Positions 1 to 11,522 of a stretch of DNA of 64,000 nucleotides are shown here, in pieces (the stretch's first letter is position 1; every line of letters starts with the position of its first letter). The translations under genes and the position numbers were made by a program. Location: positions 124,001 through 188,000 of the forward strand of contig NW_025765825.1 in NCBI RefSeq assembly GCF_003918875.1, read 5' to 3'. This DNA is from Haliotis rubra (taxonomy: Eukaryota). Below the pieces are notes generated by a model. The model was given only the letters and a program-made list of their open reading frames with translations, was not told the origin of the DNA and did not search any database.

Positions 1-486
1 CAATATTTGTAAGGCGTGGCATGAAAATTGTATATTTTTCATTAATTGTTAACGTGTGTTTTTTGTTTCGTTCAAATTCTACACTCATATGTTTTCCATA
101 TAATTAACTTGTCCAAGTGTGAAGTTTCCCTTTGTGTTCAGTATAACAACGGGTATTCATATATCAAGCAGAGACAGATTGTCATACGTCACGATTCAGT
201 GGGAGAGCACTAATAACCCTCAGAATAGGCAAAAGATATCCATTCTAGAAATACACCTTCTTGACAGAAAATGTTCTTACATTAGACGTATGTGTTATGA
301 TTGATTTTATAAATGAGAACTCATCCAGCCCTTCCCAGTAATCATCATCTCATCTATCACACGTCAGGTACAGACACAATACAATAACAATCCAGTTCAA
401 TGTTTACACCTCCAGGCATATTGCCTTGAAGAGTTACGTTTCTATTAAAATAGACGCTAGGATTGATTTCTGGAGGAAATAAAGAA

Positions 487-488
<2 letters not shown>

Positions 489-548
<60 letters not shown>
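489..548. repeat. (TC)30 microsatellite
   Basis: Seen directly; absent from the mirror position near 29730. Confidence 0.98.
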
Positions 549-552
<4 letters not shown>

Positions 553-770
553 GATCAGGAGGTTATGCTCATTCACTAAGTTAGACATCTGTTAACTTAG
601 CGTAGAATATTGCTCATACCATCCCGTTTTCTTGTTTTCAGAACAGATAGTTAACTAAAACCAAAGAAAATAATATCTTTTTTGATCAGAAATTAGCTGT
701 CTAAAATGACAGGTTAATGAAAGATCCGTGTGATAAAAAGACAAATTCACCTATTTATCGCATTGATGTA

Positions 771-776
771 TTTATT
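771..776 (-). terminator. Polyadenylation signal of A
   Basis: AATAAA about 45 nt after the stop; mirrored in B at 29509-29514. Confidence 0.7.
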
Positions 777-821
777 AGCTTGCTGACAATATGTAGGTAG
801 GACAAGTCTGTGTTCTGCTTG

Positions 822-1587
822 TTATTCTTGCCATTTCCTAAGCCTCACTTCCTTCAGGGTAGAGCAGCTCACTTCAGGGTTTCTGAAAATAAACCAAACC
901 AGAATTAGACAATTGCACATACAGTTTGCGTTTCTAATCTCTTCGTCTCTCCAGACAATATCACATCAACTTATAAAATAGAAACAGCCACAAGTTTATA
1001 AGAAACAGGGCATGAGGCCTGTTTGGATGTTCAAAATGTTAACTTCTGATTGCATGTGAGTACATCCCCAATGTACGTCTCTAGTTGACTTATAACTGGC
1101 ATGTTCGAAAGGATTCAAGACAAAATCTGAGACCTTGATGGTAAGCAGTATAAAGCAGTTTAGGTGGGCTTCTGCAGGCTACACCAGATACGGTGGAGCC
1201 ATGGTCGAGTTTAGAACATATAAGGGCTCTACATAAATGGAGAAGTGTATATTGGTCCCCTCCCGCTTAAGTTTAATAACTTTTAATATACACCGCGTAT
1301 TTAGGCATATATTTTTTAACTATTTATATGAGACTGAAAGGTCCAATATTGATCGACGAAAGAACATAATCAATTCTAAACGAGTGCACTTGTAGAACCA
1401 TGTTATAATTCAACATACGCTGTTTCAACGCCGCCAATGTTAACATTCAGGAAGGCCTGACGCTGGATGGTGCTGATGTTGTCCGCATTATCACAAATGA
1501 TACGAGACAATGATGCCTTTTCCAACTGAGTTATTTGATCTGAAATGAAATAAAGGCAGGTTGTGAAGGAACCTTTTAAACGAAACA

Positions 1588-1646
<59 letters not shown>

Positions 1647-4600
1647 CGTACAATTAATCAGCATATATAATACAAGAAGGGAGGTGCCATGTATTTACCG
1701 GACGTAAACCCAGTGACAGTGTCTGTAGATTCAAACCAGAACCTGTCCCCATCTCTCAGTTTCTTGAACTGTTCGCCGATCAGACAGATGTAAGTTTGTC
1801 CTACAGCTGCTCCAGCAACAGGAGCTTCAGCAATGCCTCCACTGTACAGGTCAATGTCATCGACGCTGTGGCTGGAAGAGTACAGACACATTCTTCATAT
1901 GTAATTTGGACCTTTGTAGCTCCAGTAGTGTGAACAGATTTTGATAAAAAAAATGAAAAAGATCTTTTAAATAATGAAAATAATTATATATCTGAAGGTT
2001 TTGTGTTAATCATAGCTAATGCTATAGATTGGAGTCAATCATTTGACAGTCATACAAGCAAAATAAACACTTACTACATTTCCTCAAGATCATTAGCTTG
2101 AAATAATCCGAAATCATTATCGGATGTGAAAGAGGTAATTTTGCCGAGACCACAGTAGTCTCTCCAGTCGTTGTATGAAGGTAAACCATGTTCCCTTCCA
2201 CGCTGAATGTTCAGAGTCACAATGTCAAATCCGTCCTTTGTGGCAGAATCTTCTTCAAACATTCTCTGCCTCATGCCATCGACATACCATGCATCAGCTC
2301 GTTCACCAGGAGCATCCAGAAAACTACTGATAACGTTATCCAGGCTGTTGATGACATATTTGGTCCTCTTGAACAGGTCACCAGTGTCCACGACTTCACC
2401 TCCTATCGTCAGGTTTTCTGGCACCATGGAATGACCAAATCGAAAAGCTGCCGTCGAGAAGACGTTACTTAGAGATGGGTCAAGGGTAGAATTGTAGTTG
2501 TAGTTGCCGAGTCCGAGGCTGTAGTTTGCAACCCCGTCGTCACTGAGAATTTGAGGCAGCCATTCGTTGTATGTGATAACCTGATGGTGGATATAAGATG
2601 TAAAATTAATTCTTTTTATTAATATATTAGCATATAACCTCAGTTTTGAAGTAGAGGTTGAAGGGTTAAACCTTCATTTTTTCTTCCAGTTATTCATTAT
2701 CATCATTTTATCAGTTACAATCACAGATTCAACAACATTCTATTCAACTCTCCATGTGAATGTACTTTTTACTACTTTGGATCAATTTGATTCATCTGTT
2801 TTTCTACAGAAGGAAATACTTACCTGTAGTTCAGCAATGACTATTCGTCGTGCTTCTTGGAAGAGCTTCTCGTCATCCCAGCCACTGTTGAATCCTTTGA
2901 GAGCTGTTGCAACACGGTTGTGTTCTCTCATGAACAGTGTGTGCAGAGCGCTAAGGCCAGGGAAGACATTGACTCTCGAGTCACCTGAAGGAAAGTGGAA
3001 ATTCAAGTATTACGTTTAGTAACATACGTGTTGGTGGTTGATTCCAATCGAGGATTCAATCCCACACTCTCAGTTGCTTAATGGTCAAAACAAAAAACAC
3101 CGTACTTGAATCTCTATTTTAGTGAGAAAGTGTAATCACAAATATAACGTGTTATATATGTCCACTTTACAAACAACGTCGTGTATGTATTATTTTTACT
3201 GTTGTATTTGAAACTAAGTACTCTGATTAGTATGCAATATCTTGTATTGTGTTTATAATTAGCATAGATATTATACAGCTGCAAGAGATGATCACACACA
3301 AACTCAAATTACACATTCTTCAGTTATACAAAATATATACAAGAATGTTTTTCAGGAAACAACCTGCTTTGAAACAGTAGTTGCTTGAATCAGAGGTATC
3401 GAGAAAGCAATCGTCAGAATCTCCTTCTGGCAGAAGGTTATTTGTTCCCACTTTCAGCAATCCAGCTGGAAAGGAAGAAGGTATATAACTCATGAATGGG
3501 CATGTTTACATATGGACACTTATAGTTATTTGGATAGACAGATGTGGCTTTTTAGTTATCATTCGCCAAAACGCAATGTAGCGCATGGTTTTAAATGAGG
3601 ATCTTGTCAGAAGAACTTCTAAAGTTTACATTTACAACATTATGCTTAATTCAGGAGACCTTTTAACTTACATCCAGAGTCAGTGTTCTTGAGCTCAGCC
3701 ATTTCTGGAGTCAGAAATGCCATAGATCTGGGGAACCGTCTATGAAAGCGGACAATTCGTTGTACTGCTGTCGAGGATCTGGATTTAAAAGAATAACAGG
3801 GTGAGTGAATGTTCCTTTAGGTGGTTATTTTCAAACTTTGTCACAACGGCCGTTTTAAACGGTGACAGAAAGTAAGCTAGACCACATGTAATTTATTTTC
3901 CGGGAAATCTATTGAAATATGTATGTGAGAAATCAATGATGTGTTCCCTTACTTGAGGAATCTGTGCCTGTTCCGGAAACAGCCTCCGATCTCACCAGAT
4001 TCATACATTTACCATCGCCAAAGTAGAAATCACCATCAGGAAGGTTGATCGGGAAACAGGGAGAATCAGGGCTGATGAAAAGAAGAAGATCCTTTCCTGT
4101 ATGTTACGCGTACATTAATTCAAGGTGTTTTATTTTTTAACGTAATAAGTTAAGAAAATGTTCTTAATGACCTGTGTATTTCTGTTTACTGCATAATAAA
4201 ACTTACTCGCTGGGAACAGAGTCAGTTCTGTCACAACAGTCAATGTCGCTTCCATCATCTGTAAAGGATAAATGATCATACAAATTGTTGTCAGTCAGAA
4301 AGTGAATACAAAAGCAAACAATTTTAGAATATGTGTGTGATTTCGTTTCATAAGAAATGCAAGACAAACAAAAATAAATCATGCTCTTCAAATTGTAACT
4401 GTGATTATTGACATGTGATGACATACTGTGTATCATTATTATCAATATCCATATATTTACCTGTCAGCACCGGAGTTCCGGTAATATCGTGGTCAAGAAA
4501 CTGCCCCCACTGCATCACCATGACGGAGTGTTTAACAGACAGGAAACTCAGCTCAAAGTGAACATGATTGCTGATACTTCTTGCGTTAGGCAGGTCTGAG

Positions 4601-6288
4601 TCATCAGATGCCAGAGCTCTGGGGTTTCCACCAGTTCCTGTAAATATACAGCAGAAGTAATATTCTGTTTTTTACTATCATAGCAATATCTGCAGTTTTG
4701 TTTTGTTTAACATTGTACACAATAGTATGATTGAAATTGCATCAACAACAACAGATCATTGTCTCTGATTTTAGATTGCTCGATATACTGAGAAACTGTA
4801 TCACTTCCTTTCATTTGTCGTTCTTATAACACCTGATATGAAGTCATAGTGCTATGTCATCTGTTTGGAATATTCCAAGAGCGATGTAAGCCCTTACTCA
4901 CTCATTTACAAAGGAACTTTTCAACACTTTCAATTTTGAAGGTTTTCATTGGCATTGGATATGAAGTTACCTTTGAGACATTACTGCAAATAGTCTTGTT
5001 TTCTTTTTCTTTTTAATAAGACAATATTTTCAGAAATAGTGATTATTAGGCATCAACTGACCGCTGGCGTACTCAGCTTCCAGCCACCTTGCAAGTTGAG
5101 CACCTGCAGCTCCCCAGCCCGAATTCTCCACGTTATTACACGTGCCATCAGCTGTCCTATAGGTGTCACTTGAATCGCAGGTTGTTCGTCTGGACAAAAC
5201 AGCATCAATTTGAGAGGGCATTTTATGACTGTTATTGTCCCTTATGACCTCTCAGACTGTCATTTATCAAACACGCATCGGGATAGTACTCATACACCTG
5301 CAAATTGTTGATAACTAACCGATGTTAGCCCTCCAATATTAATTAATGTCAACTAGAATAAAAACTGATTATAAGCATGATGATATTACTGTGTAAATAT
5401 TATATCTTAAGTTTTGTTTTTTCATTGGATTTTGTTCCCCGCCGTGATATTGCTGGAGTATTGCTAAAAGCGGCGTAAAACAAACTCACTCATATGATTT
5501 TAGGCCATTTTCTCACATACCTGCTTCTGTTTACAGGCACAGTGTTTCTTTTACTCTTGGATGATCGCGAAATAAACGCACATGGCGTCCTGCTTCCTCC
5601 GCTCTCTGCAAGGAAAATGAAATGTGCCATTTTGATAATCTTGAAACTGTTTGACATTTTCAGCATAAGATATAGGCGCATGTTCAGTTTACGCAAAATG
5701 TTTTATAACCATATCGTTTACTCCAAAAATAAAGTTTAATCCGAACATACATCATGTATGAAAACAGGTAAAAGTTTGGCTATTGAGTTGGACATTGTAT
5801 GTAACATTTAGGAGATAAACATCATGTGTTGAACGCATGATTTTTATCGACATTGTAAACACAAAAGTAAACCAAAAGGTCCACACACGGTTTTGTGTCT
5901 GCACTCATTGACATCGAGTAAGGGTACAGCAGTGAAATGTCATGAGCCGGCCGTTTCGGCTGTTACCATGGTAGCATCTGGAACTGTTCATTTGTGACGT
6001 CATTCGGACTTTACGTCACAATATGATTTGAATGACGTCATAACAGCTGACGACGTAACAATACAATGGTGTCAGCGATGTTTGTATGTATTAAAACGCA
6101 CCGAATTTCCGGGACTCGAATACCATGTTTTTCAACCAATCAGATTAAAGAACACAATGACGTTTGGTATACAATTGCGAATAACAAACTCTATAGCAAC
6201 TGTTCTGCAGAAATTGTCAGTTGTAAAACATACCTGTATTTACAAAGCAGAGCGCTATCAGTAGAGCTTGTACAAGGAGTGACTGCAT
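822..6288 (-). CDS. Secreted animal heme peroxidase, copy A (13 exons, about 614 aa if exon 7 is repaired; frameshifted as assembled)
   Basis: GT-AG exons with compatible phases: 6234-6288, 5521-5605, 5062-5189, 4461-4637, 4207-4258, 3953-4071, 3672-3778, 3364-3465, 2824-2984, 2075-2580, 1699-1871, 1419-1539, 822-882. Signal peptide [18 protein letters not shown]. Motifs [18 protein letters not shown] (distal His), GDSRVN (distal Arg), REHNR, AFRFGHS (proximal His), NIQRGREHG and GDRFWFE. Exon 7 is 107 nt versus 105 in B, C and E, giving a premature TGA. Confidence 0.85.
1592..1641. repeat. (TG)n microsatellite in intron 11 of A
   Basis: Seen directly; an interrupted (CA)n mirror lies at 28652-28694. 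Confidence 0.98.
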
Positions 6289-6342
6289 TTTGTCAGCTTC
6301 AGGATGGACAGAGCCAGTGTGATGGACTATTCAGACTGACGC

Positions 6343-6352
6343 TTTATATATA
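6343..6352 (-). promoter_or_regulatory. TATA box of copy A
   Basis: TATATATAAA about 55 nt upstream of the ATG; the same position is occupied by a TATA motif in B and C. Confidence 0.7.
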
Positions 6353-7191
6353 CACTAAATTCTAATAACACAGAGACAGGCTTGATAAAACATGATAAAT
6401 TCAATCAGATATGACAACATGTATTGCTAACAGCAAGCAACAAACACTGGTCACAGGAGAGGGCGAAGATTGTAAGTGTTGATGGTCATGATGACACAAT
6501 CAAAACAAGACCCCGTGTGATAAATGGCCATTTAGGACACCTGGCTCGACAAAGTTAGTGGGTAAATGTGTTCGATTGTCGTGACAATACCCTTGTCCTG
6601 CAGTGTGAAAAGATATGACCGACTGATAAGAGATTTAGCAATAGGTGAGGAGCCATTTCATGGCTTGTATTCATTTGGGGAGATCATAATCAGAAATATA
6701 TTGAGTTGTTAATTATGCCATGACAACATTTACTATTCTTATTTTCAGTAATTCACGAGTATATTATTAGTAGGCGATTTTTAATATCCTGACATACGTA
6801 TTATAACAAAAAACTGAATTTATCGAAATTCCTGGTTCACCTGGTTGTAATACTTTCTAATTTGTGCATGATTTTAATATGTCAGAACTATTAATGATGT
6901 TTGCCAGATATTAATGAAAGTAAAAACTGTTTCCTTGAAGCATTGTTGAATGCTGGTATGTTTATGGACAAACCTTTAGGAGGAGTTACTACAAATAAGA
7001 AATGGTTGTTGCGTGAAATTTACCCCAAAAACATATGTAGATGTTCTAATGAATTTAGTTTAACCGGGAAATAATGCTTATAACAGTGCGTGTTGAAGTA
7101 TAAAACAGAGAATAGAGGGGGCGACAACCAGAAAGGTTATAGAGATTGTTACATGAAAGTGATCCAAAAAGCATTTTGGACAGGAGACATG

Positions 7192-7415
7192 GGTGAGTGA
7201 GTTACGTTTTACGCCGCACTCAGCAATATTCCAGTTATATGGTCTGCAAATAATCGAGTCTGGACCAGGCAATCAAGTGATCAACAGCATGAGCATCGAT
7301 TTACGCAACTGGGATACGATGACATGTGTCAGCCAAGTCAGCGAGCCTGACCACCCGATTCCGTTGGTCTCTTCTTAAGATAAGCATAGGTTGCTGAAGA
7401 TCAATTCTAACCCCG
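7192..7415 (-). mobile_element. SINE-like family 2 (about 230 bp, (ACTC)n tail)
   Basis: Core GCTTGTCGTAAGAGGCGACTAACGGGATCGGGTGGTCAGGCTCGCTGAC recurs at about 11531-11737+, 13188-13431+, 22768-22994+, 42380-42626+, 48900-49060-, 51035-51230- and 54840-55020-. Confidence 0.85.
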
Positions 7416-9493
7416 TATGAGGAGAAAGGATAGCATTAGTAGGTGAAAACATAAACAAAAATAGAACGTTGCAATGTATTGACAAAATACGTTTTAATCT
7501 GATACAAATGTTCCACGTGCAGAAGATTTTTTTAATGTTTTGGTCAGTGTTTATTCGACAAGATAATGTTAACAATACTTATACCTACATACAAATCGAT
7601 TTGTCAAGTATGGAAGTATTTTAAAGAGTTCCATTCGATGAGACAGTAGAGGAACAAGCTTTTTAGGAAGAGGGGTACCATACTGAAGAATATATATTTT
7701 GTGTCACATTCTCTATTCTTCCCTGTCACGAAGTGGGGTAGGGAATATATAAAGTTAGTTCGTCCGTCCTTCCGCCTATCCGTCCGCTTCTTCATGTAGA
7801 CATTTGTTGAAAACTTCATTTAGTTGGGGAATTGAAATACACACTGATGTTACCTGTCACACTCTAAAGAAAATTCGAATTGTAAACAGAGTTATGGCCC
7901 ATGCTTCATTAGTCTTTCTTAGTGCAAACTGCATGAAATGGGGAAAACGTTCTATAGAGTTATGTTCTTCTTCCATGCTTTTCAACTTAGTTAAACTGCA
8001 CTAAATGGGAACTAGTTTTCTCAGAAACTGCCCAAGTTACCGGAATAAACGGTTGTATACATATCTCAGAGATGCTAACCAAGGCAGTGTTTGTAAAAAG
8101 GCGCCATCAATTATTTTCGCTTCCTTATATGTGTTTTTCGTATCATAAACGGTTATTTATACCCCTTGGTAGATGTCATTCTACTCAATGCACACAACAG
8201 GGTTTCTAAAACAACTACTGAATTTACCAACGACTGAGGTCGAAAATGAAAAGGGGCCTTTTGTGTGTGTATATTTCACATTAAATCAGTTTTCTTTGAG
8301 TACATCAGCGATTCTAAAAATTACAAATTAATTATGTCATGTTACAATTAAGGCTTTATCTGTGTCTTTTTATTGTTTGATTTACCAATAGCTACTATAA
8401 GCCCCGTGGCATTGAAGAGTGATAACGCTGTTTTCCTGTTTATCTTGAAAAGGTTACTAGAATTGTGTACATTGTTCTATTTAATATTTTGAGCTGTTGA
8501 ATAGATCTGGATAAGTGTGTCCTTAATAGCTAATTGTCTAAGTTAGCAACTGAGATTGTTAGTGGCAGTATCCTCACAGGGGGTTGAAGTAGTGTAAAAT
8601 TATTGTCCTCCTGAGTGAAGTCCCAAAATATTCACAGTAAATTTAAGCTTGCCGATTTTTTACAACGTAGTATATTTGTGATTTTATATGATGGCTGAAA
8701 TTGACTACAATGACCAGCGGCTGAAGGGATGATATAAATCCAAGTCACCTTGGTCCCTAGTATGGTGTTGCTGGCAATGTACAGTCCGTTTTTATATTGT
8801 ATTACTCTGTTTAGCAAACCGGTTTTAGAAATAGATGCTAGTTTTAGTTTTGTTGGTGGTGATATTCTAGTTGGTATTACTGTCCTTTGTCGACAGTGCT
8901 ATTATTGGATATGTATGGACCAAAGTGCAAGTGTTAGGCAAGGATGTACAATAAGGGTGTAAATCCTTTCTTATTTCATTTCTTATTGAACAAAGAGGAC
9001 TACCAGTGGCAAGTTACAATTACACCTACATGTTATGGCTATTATTCGCTGATTGCTTTGTTTTGTATTCGAGTACTTTATTTGGATTATAAGTCATAAA
9101 TGAGTGAAACCATTTTGTGCGCAACTGGGCTGAAATGTTAACCCTACAATGATTAAAGTAGTTGTGAGAAAAATGAGAGAGTTTGTGTTATCAAATCAGG
9201 GCCATGGATGAATTTACAAGTTGTTAGGGAATGAAAATGTACTCCTGTCATCTCTTTATGTCACCTTTATATTTTCTTGTAAAACAAGCCGAAACACAAG
9301 ATCATATCTACGTTTTGGGATACTAAAGAACCTCAGGTTAACTGAAAGTGTAAATTTTAAATTGTTCTTACAAACACTTTGACAAGAACTGAGGAATGTG
9401 GTTTATACCAGTTAGGCATTTACCATAGAGTATATTTATGTACATGTGGAAGAGCACTTGCTGACAAATACGTCAAGTGCAGATGTAAGTTTT

Positions 9494-9657
9494 GGACAAC
9501 TGGTAATTTAGACCACGGACTTTGTGTACCAACATGTGGTACACTCGGTCACTTCCTAAATGGTATTGTGTATTCATAGCTTTTGCATGTGGGCGCCATG
9601 CCAATTTACACTTACATCACAGGGCGTACAGTCCGTGGTCTAGACTACCAGTTGTCC
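9494..9657. mobile_element. Small MITE-like hairpin
   Basis: About 28-bp TIR GGACAACTGGTA.T.TAGACCACGGACT; mirror at about 20212-20375. Confidence 0.7.
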
Positions 9658-9672
9658 GGCTTCCATTTTGTG

Positions 9673-9860
9673 GAAACCACGGTGGCTGAGTGGGTTAGAC
9701 GGCTGACTTTGTGTGCTGGCGAATAGCCGCCTGACTCTCACAGTGTGGGTTCGAATCCCGAATGGGACTCAACCCAACATAATTACTAGAATCTGTACTT
9801 TACTGAGAAAGTGTAAGCCCACATATAGCATGTGTTACATCTGACCACATTCTAAATGGT
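9673..9860 (+). mobile_element. tRNA-derived SINE family 4
   Basis: GGTGGCTGAGTGG...GGTTCGAATCC head followed by a shared AATCTGTACTTTACTGAGAAAGTGTAA body; copies at about 12230-12400-, 20030-20197- and 50373-50545+. Confidence 0.75.
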
Positions 9861-10562
9861 TTGTGTATTCTTAAAACATGGTGTGTGTAAAATAAAGTGA
9901 GAGTCATCTCATGTGCACGTCTTAACCCATTCGCAGGCACATTTTGCAACTAATACAGGTTCCTTAATGAAAGTTAGTCATGATTTGTAATTTGATATTA
10001 TTACATAAAGTTTGGTTATGGGAAACACACCTACTTTTGCTAAATTTACCATGTCCATATTAAGCATAAACACAGTATCGGGCATTGACTGGATATCTCC
10101 ATTAACTCGCCTTTAGCCCCATACCTTTATCGCAATGTCCTTGCAGCTGTACGTCGTATCTTATTCAAGTCGCAGTCGCCCTGTTTGGATGTCTGTAGTT
10201 AACACCCTTACCAGAATAGTTCTATTGCTCACCACTTTTGCAGTGCACCTATGCCATTCAGACAGTTGGCAAAGAATTAAGGAATTCAACTAACACAGTT
10301 TATTGTTTTAGATTCCAGCAACTGACCTTACTGGAACAGAGAAATGTTGAAATAGAAACGAAACGGAAAAATAGCATAAGCCTTGTTACCCTTATCATTG
10401 ATATGTTTCCAAGTGATCTGGATATATGGTTACAGAATGAGATATTTAATCAAATGATCCAGTTATTAGCCACTTGGAGCATCTATACACGCAACAGCGA
10501 TACGTGGACCTCAGTGTTCTAATCTGTGTTAGGACAACCAATCCTTTGTTTGTGCGGTGACC

Positions 10563-10922
10563 CCCGCCTCCGTGGTGTAGTGGTTAGAGCGTCGGCCCGG
10601 AGAGTGGAAGGTCGGGGGTTCGATCCCCGACCGCGTCATACCAAAAGAGGTTAAAATATGGTACTTGTTGGTCCCTGCCTAGCGCTCGGCATTAATGGGT
10701 ACAAAGACTAGTCGGCTCGGAGTCAGTATAATGTGTCTGAGTGGGGTATTCATGCTTCACTGCGGCATGGTATATCAGTGGGCTAGCACTATAAAACCAG
10801 CTTAAGTCTGGGCTAGTACAAGCAGCCGCACATACACATACACACGCATGCACGTCGTCATATGAGCGAAATATTCTCAAGTACAACGGTAAACCCAATT
10901 TCACCTCACCTCTCACCTCACC
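10563..10922 (+). mobile_element. tRNA-derived SINE family 1 (about 350 bp, (CACCT)n tail)
   Basis: tRNA-like head with A box (GTGGTGTAGTGG) and B box (GGTTCGATCC); 13-bp TSD TTGTGCGGTGACC at 10550-10562 and 10923-10935. The central TCATACCAAA..AAAATATGGTAC..CCTGCC segment recalls the Meta/MESC SINE core (from memory, unverified). Confidence 0.88.
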
Positions 10923-11522
10923 TTGTGCGGTGACCAGTTTGTTCTACAATAATCACTCAGTGTAATACTGTAGTCTACCAATTGATATACACGTATGGAG
11001 GATCATATTTCTTAATTTAACCAAAGATTCAATGCACTTTTATGTTTCGATGTTCTTGAAAACACACCTAACAATACAATAAGGATTGGCAGAAGCCTAA
11101 AATGAATTTAAGGTTAAGATGGGTACCATTTTGACACTGAGTGGTTCTTCACGACAAAACATGGCCATGGCACTTTCTCGTGTGACACAGGCAAACGCCA
11201 AATTGAGGACACGCCCAACACTAGGGTTATAAGAGCACATTGTCAGCTCTACCCGGAGTAGTTATGCTGTACCAGAAACGTTATATGTACGTGAACATAC
11301 CCCGACAGATGAGTCCAACTTTTTAGCCCGAAATGACGATGGTCGGGTAAATGTCTAGATACATCTAAAAGAACAATATGCCACTAATTGGGTGCGATGG
11401 GCGAGCTGGATAAGGGGCCAGGCTAGTGATCCAGCGAGGTTGAGGTGTCGGGATCGAGAGCACCTGTGACCGGGTGTAAACACCTTGGAGTCAACTTTGT
11501 GTGCAGACTCTTTCAGTGTTGT

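Noticed and set aside
2188-2472. ORFs antisense to peroxidase exons (2188+, 2207+, 2756+, 27818-, 27856-, 41512+, 41991+)
   Set aside because: Shadow frames of the coding exons; they recur only because the exons are duplicated.
5222-5297. Possible extra exon after TTTGCAG upstream of exon 3 in A
   Set aside because: The required phase hits a stop within 10 codons, and the acceptor is deleted in B.
9673-9770. tRNA-like sequences (also at 10563, 35100, 36912, 50373, 60603 and 63926-64000)
   Set aside because: They have A and B boxes but no clean cloverleaf, continue into shared repeat bodies and often have TSDs, so they are SINE heads rather than tRNA genes.
10238-10522. 94-aa ORF mirrored at 19344..19628
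   Set aside because: No canonical ATG start in the left copy, no domain signal, and explained by the inverted duplication.
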